Below are positions 23,092 to 34,400 of a stretch of DNA of 64,000 nt, one piece after another. Made by a program: the position numbers and the translations under genes. Within the stretch, counting starts at the first letter, position 1. Each line of letters starts with the position of its first letter. This stretch comes from Macrostomum hystrix (taxonomy: Eukaryota > Animalia > Platyhelminthes), in assembly GCA_950097015.1 (NCBI GenBank), contig CATNEN010000038.1, positions 1,054,001 through 1,118,000 on the forward strand. The letters are read 5' to 3'. Under the pieces are notes generated by a model. It saw nothing but the letters and a program-made list of their open reading frames with translations, was not told the DNA's origin and made no database searches.

Positions 23092-24904
23092 TGTATTCAA
23101 CAAATCTAGCTGAAATATCACAGCGCGTCAGCAATGACTAAATTTTAGGATAATAAAATAAAAAACAATAAACACGGATTTAACAAAGAACGCTAAATGT
23201 GTTAGACTTTTGAAGTAAATGAGCTCGCAAACTAACAATTTCAGTTTTTCTTTCTATGTAAGTTGTCTATTTAAATTGATACACGAGGGAAATCATGGCG
23301 CTTCGTATTGCGTTTTTTACGTAATAAATTTTACGCAAATGTAACATAAACAAAAAAAATATATAGCCTATTGACTTTCATATTCTACAAAAGCTTGTAA
23401 AGTCAAGTATTCAACGACATATCGGTAAGATAATATAAAGCAACAGGACTAAAAAATATTAGCTGAGAAAAAAGTGCAAATCTGAAGAAATCATAGCTTC
23501 AATATTTTACGCCGGTACCAGAAAATTAAATGCATCTTACCTATATTTCATGTCAGTGTTGCAGTCTAGTAAAAGTTATTAGCAGCCGCTGCTAAGTTTC
23601 TAATTCATATTTACTTTGCAGTCTTGTTGAAAAAGCACGATTTTTATGTATAGTACGTTTATCATTTTTTATATTAATTTATGCTGGAAGCCTAGAATGT
23701 AAAACTAATTATATATATATTACATGTAAATGGTCGAGTTATTTAGTGTCGTTACATATCAGGAGTGCAGCCTTTGTCTGCAGAAAAATAGAAGGTTCTG
23801 TCGTTGTTCTGGACCATATAATCGTTAAATGACGTGTACAGTTAAATGTATATGTATATGTACGTGTATTATATTAATGTATTGTCAATAAAACTCTTCA
23901 CTTACTCTTGTAGTGGATATCATATAAAATAATATGTTCTGAGCTTGATTTGAAGCACATTGAAGTTTCAAATCCTTCAAAGCCAGTTAAGTGAAAAGCT
24001 CATTAATTGGATCGTAATTTTATTGTTTACTTTTAAATATTGAACAGAAGCCTGAAGTACCACGTGTGCTACCTCAAAAAGTTTTGCATGTATAAGCATT
24101 ATAGATTTACCCATACAAATAGAAAGTTTGTTTCTGAAATTTTAACTTTCGAACATGTATCATTACGTGTGTGTAGGTTCCGTTTACAGTCACGATTTTT
24201 AATTGCATGAGTAATCGCGAGGACAAGAAAAGTGCAGTTTGCAGCGTTTGCTTTTTTGTATGCATGTAAGTTAATTACGAGCTGCACAAAGTAGAAAACC
24301 CATTTGGTACTGCAACGCGCGCCCGCGTTGGACAGAAGGCTTGGAGAGGGCTGCCGGTCGTGCATTAAGTTATGTCGATGAAGGGCAGATCCCGAAGGTA
24401 CAGCGAGTGTGTAGACTGCCAGATAAAATTTGAGTGTGTGTACTTACCAACATCCGTGCATGCTGTATGCTCAGGGGTCGGGTCGGCGCAATTATTGGCA
24501 GGACAGCCTCCCCGCTGGATTGACATTCCTAAACTGAGCTGTTTTTCGAACATTTTCCGTCATTTTCTACACATCTGAAGGCTAAACGGAACCTGTAAGC
24601 AGATCGTAGAATGCTCTCACTGCAGGAGTATTTAATGTGAACTTCCGAGCTAGGCCAATTATTTCTGCCATTGCACAGCAACTGCGGCCTATCCGAGCAT
24701 GGCAATTATGTCGCAAAAAAACTTTTTACCCCCAACGCCGCCTGACTGCGGCTGCGTGCCTTCCAATACATTGTATAAATGGCACAATTAAGTCTATACA
24801 GTTTTAATAAAAAACTAAGGAGGCAATATCGTCTTTAGTATAATCAATGAAGCACTTTTCAGACAGATTAAAAGCAATTGCTGAGCGTCTTTTACCCCAA
24901 CAAG

Positions 24905-26423
24905 ATGGACACAGACGTGAAGCTGTTCAAACGCCTGGCAGACGCGACAGTCAAGCAGCCAACTGGCGGTGAAAGCAGCTTGGATCGGGTGAACTACATT
25001 ATCACGCCCACTCTGCTGCTGGCTTGCGCTAGCATGCTAGGTGCACAGCAAAATTTGCTTAGACCCATACGGTGCTGGAGCATCACTGAGGTGTCGAACA
25101 AACAGAGACTGGAGTACGCTGAGAACTACTGCTGGGTGGAAAACACGTTTCACTTTGATAACGACAAGCCAATTCCGCACGGACCAAACCCAGATGCTGG
25201 AAGAACAATTTGTAAGATTTTTTTACATTTTTCGTAGACAATGACAGTTTACTCTGCGTGTACCTTGGAGACACTGACAGTTAAGTCAGAGACTGTAGTG
25301 TAGTTTGGAGACAGTGACTCAGAGAATTCTTGGGGCAGTTGCCTCCGATTGTGCTTGGAGACTCACGTCTTAGCCTCAAAGTGTACCTTGGAGACTGACG
25401 GTTTAGTCTCAGAGTGTACCATCAAGGCAGTGACGATTCAAAGCCTCAGGGTGCAGCTAGCAGACTAATGGCTTAGCTTACAGGGTTTACCTTTTGAGGC
25501 AGTGATGGCGACCATTAATAAAGATCTCTAATTGGCCTCCAGACTATTACCAGTGGGTGCCGTTCATCCTGATGGCTCAGGCCGCGCTGTTTTACGTGCC
25601 GCATCTGATCTGGCTGCTGCTCAGCACGAACGTCGGCATCGACATGCGCCAGCTGGCGCTGCAGGCCTCCAAGGTCGAGGGCGACAGCTCCAACGCCGAA
25701 GATCGGCTGAAGAAGATCGCCTTCCTGTCCGACTCGCTGCTCAAATTCATTCGTTACCGTTCGCGCTATCGCCAGAAGACCTGCTGCAAGCGACTCGCCT
25801 CATTCTTGTTTGGCAAGCCGGCCTTCTCAATGTACTTCGCCTTCACCTACATCTTCGTCAAGTCATGCTACGTGGCCAACTGCATCGGTCAGCTCCACCT
25901 GATGCGCAGCTTTCTGGGCCTCAACATCACCTCGTTCGGACTGCAGATTCTCAGCGACATCGCCAACAACAAGACCTGGCAGAGCAGCAACGTGTTTCCC
26001 AGGGTGACGCACTGCCGGTTCGAGATTCGCAACGTCGGCGAGCCGAGACAGTACACCCTGCAGTGCGTCCTGCCCGTCAACATGCTGAACGAGAAGTTCT
26101 ACATCGCCATCTGGTTCTGGGTGGTCATCATCCTGACGATCAACATTTTGTCCATGAGTTGCTGGCTGCTACGGCTGGTGCTCAGCCCGAGTCGCCGAGC
26201 CTGCATCCGCCAGCACCTGGCCGTGGCGGAGCTGCTCAACTGTCAAGGATTTCGCAGGCGCCAAACACTGGAGACACAGTTTGCTCGGGACTGCTCAGAA
26301 TCAGACGGCCTGTTCCTGCTGATGCTGATCGAGCGAAATGCGGGCCCACTGGTGGCAGCCGAAGTGACTGCACGCATTTTTCAAGCATGGCGCGATAAGA
26401 TCATAGTGGACAACGAAGAATGA
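24905..26423 (+). CDS. Innexin A (gap junction protein), 2 exons
   Basis: Exons 24905-25211 and 25543-26423. Motifs DRVNY..T, PIRCW, YAENYCW, YYYQWVPF, FPRVTHC and QCVLPVNMLNEKFY..IWFW. Confidence 0.95.
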
Positions 26424-27296
26424 CTGGTGAATTCTTCTGCCCGTGTGACTACAGTCGTAAGAAGTCGCCCTTCTCCGATGTAAATTTATATACTCTCCGA
26501 TAAGAAAGAAATTATGTTTCTCGACTCAATTTTTAACGAAGAAGCGTCGGCATTGCCTATTGGAATTCTTTTATCAGGTGGTTCTGGTCAGTATAATCAG
26601 CTGACGTTTATATGATGACAGATGGTCTCGTTGACACGTCGACAGAATGCCTTGTCGACACGCACGTATTTTTGTGCCATTCGCACATTGCTATTGCTTA
26701 CACACATTTGCAACAAGTATAGCTTTGCTAAGAAACAGGGTCACACACTCAGGTATGTTGCAATGATAGGACGTTGCAATCATTAGAATATTGTGGTGGT
26801 CACAGCACACCAATAGCAACGATCCGGTGAATCCAAGAGTTTCACCTATGTTTATACATTGTAGGACTCGGGAGTTCCGGGATGTGATATTACGCAAAAG
26901 TTTTCGAGTTCAATAATAAGAATATGCTAAGAACTTTTGGAGCCGATTATAGCCGAAACACAGCTACATTGTTTAGTGCTTAAAACCTTTATTTCTGAGC
27001 TCTTATATATTATTACTAAGTCTGCACAGAAATGTTACAGGGAAAGAGAACAGGGCTATGGGAGTAGGGCGAGACTCCTCTTCACACAATCGAACTTCAT
27101 TGGCTATGATCGGTCAGAGAGAGGTTCCGAGTCAAAAGAGTACTTTTACAAGGGAGTTACTACGAGCGTACATTGATTTTTCTGCCAAGCATAAATAAAT
27201 CTACCCACACTGACTACTGTCCATTACTCAGTAGTACGAAGCGGATGATCCGAGTTAATAATTTCTATGACTGCCTATGAAGAGTGCCTGAATTCG

Positions 27297-27689
27297 CTAC
27301 TCGAGTTCGAGTTGGCCATTGGCCTGGCGCAGCATGAGCCGGCGCTCCCTCTCGTACTCCTTCATGCGCAGGACCCGATCGTCGTACTGGCACTGCTCAA
27401 CGCTGTGCAACAGATCTGAGCACTTCCAGAAGCTGCGAAATTTGTACTGATAGCGGCACTTGTAAAAGGCTAGGTACCAATGGGCGCAGTAATCCCTTTG
27501 ATAATCCGGCAGGCCCGCAATGATCATCTCGTCCTCTGTCACTGGCGGCATCGGTCGCTCCTTGCGCCCATTGGGAAAGCCCAGCATGGGGTCATAGCGA
27601 GAGCCCTTGATAGGATCTGGAGTCATCTCGGGCCGGTAGTACATGTCCACCCAGTGCTTCGCGCGATCGGGGATTAGCGCTTGGCCCAT
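27297..27689 (-). CDS. NDUFB7: NADH:ubiquinone oxidoreductase subunit B7 (B18), intronless
   Basis: MG start; DPMLGF..RKER, QRDYCAH, twin CX9C cysteines and RMKEYERERRL. Confidence 0.95.
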   Translation of the reverse strand: MGQALIPDRAKHWVDMYYRPEMTPDPIKGSRYDPMLGFPNGRKERPMPPVTEDEMIIAGLPDYQRDYCAHWYLAFYKCRYQYKFRSFWKCSDLLHSVEQCQYDDRVLRMKEYERERRLMLRQANGQLELE

Positions 27690-27810
27690 CGCTGTGGCTG
27701 AAATAGTTGTGTCATTAATTTCCTGGCTAGTGCGCAAATTTATATGCTACGTTTACTCGGCGCCTCCCTAAAGCTTAGGCCGCATTTGCAAACTAAAAAA
27801 ATAATAACAA

Positions 27811-28150
27811 TTGCAGGACAGCTGCGGGCAACGGTCCATCACGTTTGGTGACACTAGACCCACAGCCAGCGGGGAGGCAATTCTGCCCATTCCACCGACT
27901 CCTGAGCACACACGCACACAGATACTGTACAGGCATACAGACATTAAACAGTCATACGCTCACACAGGTGTGTACATCTGCTCTGACTTTCTCATCGTCA
28001 GGTTTGCTTGTCTTGTAAAATGGACAAACCCCGAGGCACAGTCAGTGTACACTGTCATGCCAAAGTCAGGACAGATGTACACACCAGTGGGAGTACGAGT
28101 GTATGCCCGAAGTGTCAGCGCAATGGGCAAAATTGCCTATGTTGGCTGTG
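27811..28150. mobile_element. Two oppositely oriented SINE family A 3' halves
   Basis: A minus copy (about 27811-28002) and a plus copy (about 28030-28150) share AAAGTCAG..CAGATGTACACACC and AATGGGCA(G/A)AATTGCCT, and both match parts of 490-607. Confidence 0.65.
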
Positions 28151-28789
28151 TCGACTACATTGTTATCAAGATTGATAAAACATAAAATAAAGATTATTAG
28201 TCTGAAAAAAAATTAAGCAACAAGTTTTTTTACTTCAAAACTGAAAAATGTACTCTTTTTGGTTCGACGCCGAGTTTTAATTTCGCAAATCACAAAAAAA
28301 TTTCACTAAAAATATAATATGAATATAAAATGAAACACTGCCGATTTTCGAAGGACACGCTTCAGAGAAAAATAGTGCGAAAATTTGAAAAATAAACTTT
28401 GAGCCAAATCTGAATCTAACCAAACTATCAATAAACATCCCCAAACTAGTAGACTTAAGACAGGTTAGTGATTAATAACGACATTAGCAGAGTACAGAAG
28501 CCTAAAAACAAGACAATTCTATCAGAACTACCATCGCATAACTAAACGATGCAATCAAACAAAGAATAAATAAAATCTAGTTGGATAGGACACGATATAT
28601 CTCGCGCAAAGCTACCAGCCTTATTTCACATACAAGACACGAGTATTTTTAATTCTACTGATAATTTTTATCTTTAAAGTGTGTTGTAAATTAGCACTGA
28701 GAAAGTACAATCTCAATGTAAATTTGCTAGCCAGGAAGGTCAAATGTACATTCGATTGCCAGAGAAGTTTATTGTACGTTTGAAAGTCA

Positions 28790-29070
28790 TTCAGAATGTA
28801 CTCTTGAAAACCAGCAGATCTGAATGTACACTCGCTAACAAGACACATCGAATGTACACTCGCTAGCCAGACAGCTTGAATGTACATTCGCTAGCTTGAA
28901 TGCACACTCGCTAACAAGACACATCGAATGTACACTCGCTAGCCAGACAGCTTGAATGTACATTCGCAAGCTTGAATGTACACTCGCTAACAAGACACAT
29001 CGAATGTATTCTCGCTAGCCAGACAGCTTGAATGTACAATCGTTAACCAATCAGATTAAATGTACAATTG
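28790..29070. repeat. Degenerate tandem repeat (GAATGTACACTCGCTAGCCAGACAGCTT)
   Basis: Recurring GAATGTACA motifs with a ~77-bp higher-order unit. Confidence 0.85.
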
Positions 29071-29158
29071 CTAGCTAGTAAAAGTTCATGTAGATACGCA
29101 GCGAATGTACATAGCCAAGGCCTGAATAATGCGCAAACTGAAAGTCCCCTCCCAGCGG

Positions 29159-29656
29159 TCACTTCTGCGCAAGGCTTTGCAATTTAGTTCTGTGTTTGGC
29201 GAACCAAGCGTAGCTGCTAGTGAGCAGACGATTCACCGAGGGAATTTTCGTCATCTCAACAAGGCCGTCCCAGCCAACATCCGAGTACATTCGTCGAAAT
29301 GCTTCAACTCCTCGATAGACTCGACCGTCTTGCCCGATGACGTGTAATTGCGACATTGCCTGCTCGCGCGAGATGCCGTGCTGGGCGGCGACAGAGTCGA
29401 ACTGCTCCGGCCGGGTGATGTCGCAGAACTCGAAGGCCTCTTCCTTTTGGCCGCGCACTCTAAGGCTGTCCGCTTTGCGCACGAGAGCGATCTCGCGACT
29501 GCACAGCGGACAGCCGCCGTCGTACAGGACGCGAGTGCGAAAGGGAGGCGGCGAAGGCGAGGACTGACTGCTGAAGGCGGCAGAGAGAACCGGCGGAAGC
29601 CTCCAGTATGGCTGAAGGCGCCCACACAGAGTCAGGGAGCGAGTCAGCGCCTGCTG
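29159..29656 (-). CDS. DCC family (DUF393) thiol-disulfide oxidoreductase with a mitochondrial-type presequence; no in-frame genomic ATG
   Basis: Open frame QQALTRSLTLCGRLQPYWRLPPVLSAAFSSQ...RVLYDGGCPLCSREI...F.DI...LHVIGQDGRVYRGVEAF...YAWFAKHR carries the DxxCxxC signature. Upstream are a TTTCAG acceptor (ending 29657) and an in-frame TAA near 29685. Confidence 0.85.
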   Translation of the reverse strand, partial: QQALTRSLTLCGRLQPYWRLPPVLSAAFSSQSSPSPPPFRTRVLYDGGCPLCSREIALVRKADSLRVRGQKEEAFEFCDITRPEQFDSVAAQHGISREQAMSQLHVIGQDGRVYRGVEAFRRMYSDVGWDGLVEMTKIPSVNRLLTSSYAWFAKHRTKLQSLAQK

Positions 29657-29760
29657 CTGAAATGCGCGAATCGGCGTGCTAGCTTATGAGAATGCTAAGC
29701 AAATACAAGATACAAGAAAATGCAAATACAATCTGGACACAATAACAGCTTGCCTACTTT

Positions 29761-30710
29761 AGCTTAACAACAGTCTACCAGCTTAACAACCGTCTACCAG
29801 CTTAACAACCGTCTACCAGCTTAACAACAGTCTACCAGCTTAACAACCGTCTACCAGCTTAACAACCGTCTACCAGCTTAACAACAGTCTACCAGCTTAA
29901 CAACCGTCTACCAGCTTAACAACCGTCTACCAGCTTAACAACAGTCTACCAGCTTAACAACCGTCTACCAGCTTAACAACCGTCTACCAGCTTAACAACC
30001 GTCTACCAGCTTAACAACCGTCTACCAGCTTAACAACCGTCTACCAGCTTAACAACCGTCTACCAGCTTAACAACAGTCTACCAGCTTAACAACCGTCTA
30101 CCAGCTTAACAACCGTCTACCAGCTTAACAACCGTCTACCAGCTTAACAACCGTCTACCAGCTTAACAACAGTCTACCAGCTTAACAACCGTCTACCAGC
30201 TTAACAACCGTCTACCAGCTTAACAACCGTCTACCAGCTTAACAACCGTCTACCAGCTTAACAACCGTCTACCAGCTTAAAAACCGTCTACCAGCTTAAC
30301 AACCGTCTACCAGCTTAACAACCGTCTACCAGCTTAACAACCGTCTACCAGCTTAACAACAGTCTACCAGCTTAACAACAGTCTACTAGCTTAACAACAG
30401 TCTACCAGCTTAACAACCGTCTACCAGCTTAACAACAGTCTACCAGCTTAACAACCGTCTACCAGCTTAACAACAGTCTACCAGCTTAACAACAGTCTAC
30501 TAGCTTAACAACAGTCTACTAGCTTAACAACAGTCTACTAGCTTAACAACAGTCTACCAGCTTAACAACAGTCTACTAGCTTAACAACAGTCTACCAGCT
30601 TAACAACAGTCTACCAGCTTAGCAACCGTCTACCAGCTTAGCAACCGTCTACCAGCTTAGCAACAGTCTACCAGCTTAGCAACCGTCTACCAGCTTTGCA
30701 GCAGTCTAAC
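29761..30710. repeat. 19-bp minisatellite (AGCTTAACAACCGTCTACC)
   Basis: About 50 copies between GDH and the DCC gene. Confidence 0.97.
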
Positions 30711-31402
30711 TATCAGCTTTATCCAACGATGTAAATGGCGCGAACACAGCATTACGCATTAAGTCTAAACTTCAAAACTCTAACCAAATTGCATACTTTT
30801 GAGTTAAGGAAATGAAGTGCAATAAAGAACTATAGATTTAGTAATAATCTAGACTTCCTAGTCGTCAAATGGATAGACAGCTATCATCCACAATGGCCTA
30901 TCGCAAAACGCGTATATTCAAAAAACATTTCGCCAAAAAATAGTTGATAAAACATAAGTGATTTCGAAAACGCTACTTAGCTTTAAACAAACTAGACCAG
31001 AGAAATAAATAGAATAATAATTTCATGAATAATTAGCGATTATAAAATCGGGCAAACTGGAAGAAGAAAGGAGTGACAGCGGCATAAAGGAGCGAGAATT
31101 CATTCGAAGCAGATAATCTAGTCTATCAGCGAACGCGGTTTAGAAGCGATGAATAATCAATATTGTGCCAATAACGGCTATTGTAACGCTCACAATCTGT
31201 GAAATAATGAGGATATAATGAATTGAATCATCGAGTAAAGAGAATTCTGGTGGCTGGTTAGCAAGCTAAAAGCGATGGGGGCAACTCATTGGCAGGCAGC
31301 TTCGAATTGGAGCACTACTGACTACTGCTAGTAGCCACTAATAATTGAGAAAGAAAAGTGTCTATTAAATAGATGCCTATTTCAACAACCACTACCAGGT
31401 GC

Positions 31403-34400
31403 TCAGATAAACAGCAGGCCGGAGGTGCGGTAGACCTGGTAGATCTTCTCGATGGCGCCGATAAATGCGGCGGTGCGCAGATCCAAGCCCAGATTGTACT
31501 TCATACCGATCCGCATCATGTGATTTGCGGAGCGTTCCATTGTGAAGGCCAGGCCGGAGTGCACAATGTCCTTCTCGTTGGCTCCGGCCATGCGGGCCTC
31601 GTAGTCGCTGGTTGGCGTCACTGGGATTTTGCCGCCGTGACGACCAAATTTGCGCTCCAGCGACTGCTGCACGCTCTCAAGCAGCTGGTAGTTCGAGTCG
31701 CGCTCGTATTTGAAAGTGAGCCGGCCGTAGCTCACGTGGTTGAGATTCTTCAACCATTCGAAATAGGAGACGGTGACACCGCCAGCGTTGAGGTAGAGGT
31801 CTGGGATCACCAGGACGCTGTTGTCGCGCAGGATCTGCTCGGCGGCTCCAGTTGTGGGCCCGTTGGCGCCCTCCGCGATGATGCGGGCCTGAATCCGGTG
31901 AGCGTTGCTCAGGTTGATGGCCTTCTCTGCCGCGGCAGGGACTAGAATGTCGCACTTTTCAAACATCAGGTCGTCTTTGGGCTCGTAGGCGCGGGCGCCG
32001 GGGAAGCCAACGATTGTGCCGTGCTCCTGGGGAAGCGCAGGGATCAACATTTTAATGGGATAATTGAGACTAGGAGGCAATCGAATGGGATAAGTGACTA
32101 GGAGGCAATCGAATGGGATAAGTGACTAGGAGGCAATCGAATGGGATAAGTGACTAGGAGGCAATCGAATGGGATAAGTGAGACTAGGAGGCAATCGAAT
32201 GGGATAAGTGAGACTAGGAGGCAATCGAATGGGATAAGTGACTAGGAGGCAATCGAATGGGATAATAGAGACACGGAGGCAGTCGAATGGGATAATTTAT
32301 CGTAGTGACAATCAATTGGGATAATTGACTCAGACAATTAAAGCATAAGATATACTCTAGGTGTTGTCTGCCACTTTCTCAGGAAAGCATGAACCGTAAA
32401 ATTACTCACAATCTTGTAGTTTTCCAGTTCCTTAGGATCGATGCCCTCCGGATTGTAGATGGCTCCGTCGAATTCAATGACGCCGACGCACTTGGCCCCC
32501 GCCCTGTGTAGGTAGCGCATCGAGTGCAGGCCGACATTGCCAAAGCCCTGGATGATGAAAGTCTTGTCGCCGAAGCCGGGGGCGAGGCCCACTTGGCTCA
32601 TGTAGCTGGCCTCGTTGATGAAGTTTTCAATGCCGTGGAAAAGGCCCTGAAGTGCATGCGGGATCAGATTGTAGGGAAATGGAATCGGATAGTAGGGAAA
32701 TGGAACAGATTGTTGGGAAATGGGATCAGTTTGTAGGGAATTGGGATCTTATTGTAGGGAAATGGGATCTTATTGTAGGGAAATGGGATCAGTTTGTAGG
32801 GAAATGGGATCAGTTTGTAGGGAAATGGGATCAGTTTGTAGGGAAATGGGATCAGTTTGTAGGGAATTGGGATCTTATTGTAGGGATATGGGATCTTATT
32901 GTAGGGAAATGGGATCTGATTGTAGGGAAATGGAACAGATTGTAGGAATTGGGATCAGTTTGTAGGGAATTGGGATCTTATTGTAGGGAAATGGAACAGA
33001 TTGTAGGGAAATGGAACATATTGTAGGGAAATGGGATCAGTTTGTAGGGAATTGGGATCAGTTTGTAGGGAATTGGGATCTGATTGTAGGGAAATGGGAT
33101 CTGATTGTAGGGAAATGGAACAGATTGTAGGGAAATGGAACAGATTGTAGGGAATTGGGATCTTATTTTAGGGAAATGGGATCTGATTGTAGGGAAATGG
33201 AACAGATTGTAGGAATTGGGATCAGTTTGTAGGGAATTGGGATCAGTTTGTAGGGAAATGGGATCAGTTTGTAGGGAATTGGGATCTGATTGTAGGGAAA
33301 TGGGATCTGATTGTAGGGAAATGGAACAGATTGTAGGGAAATAGAACAGATTGTAGGGAATTGGGATCTTATTTTAGGGATATGGGATCAGATTGTAGGG
33401 AGATGAGACAGGGATGGATGGATATGGATGTAAATGGATATGGAATAATAATTTTCTCAACAGACCCGTCCGGTAGCGGAGGTCCTGCCGTGAATGCCGC
33501 CCATGGCAATCGGCTTGCCCGTGACGCAAGCATAAGCGTCCAAATCCTTGAAGCCTGCCAATGAGAGAATTGGGGACTGTGTGGTGTTGGCTTATGGGTG
33601 CTTAAGGACAATTCTAAATCCAAATTTGTGCACAATTTTAATCTAAAACAATTACTTAAAGCCACTAATCCAGAATCTTAAAGCCACTAATCCAGAATCT
33701 CAAAGCTACTAATCCAGTTCTCAAAGCCACTAATCCAGATACTCAAAGCCACTGATCCAGAATCTTAAAGCCACTAATCCAGATACTCAAAGCCACTAAT
33801 CCAGATACTCAAAGCCACTAATCCAGATACTCAAAGCCATTAATCCAGACTATCAAAGCCATTAATCCAGACTATCAAATCCACTAATCCAGAATCTTAA
33901 AGCCACTAATCCAGAATCTCAAAGCTACTAATCCAGTTCTCAAAGCCACTAATCCAGATACTCAAAGCCACTGATCCAGAATCTTAAAGCCACTAATCCA
34001 GATACTCAAAGCCACTAATCCAGATACTCAAAGCCACTAATCCAGATACTCAAAGCCATTAATCCAGACTATCAAAGCCATTAATCCAGACTATCAAATC
34101 CACTAATCCAGAATCTTAAAGCCACTAATCCAGAATCTCAAAGCTACTAATCCAGTTCTCAAAGCCACTAATCCAGATACTCAAAGCCACTAATCCAGAT
34201 ACTCAAAGCCACTAATCCAGATACTCAAAGCCATTAATCCAGACTATCAAAGCCACTAATCCAGAATCTTAAAGCCACTAATCTATATACTTAAAGCCAC
34301 TAATCCAGAATCGTTAAGCCACTAATCCATATTCTGAAAGCAACTAATCCATATTCGCAAAGCAACTAATCCATATTCTCAAAGCCACTAATCCATATTC

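Noticed and set aside
29159-29656. Horizontal transfer of the intronless DCC gene from bacteria
   Set aside because: The neighbouring NDUFB7 is also intronless and codon style matches host genes. DCC proteins occur in various eukaryotes, so a phylogeny would be needed.
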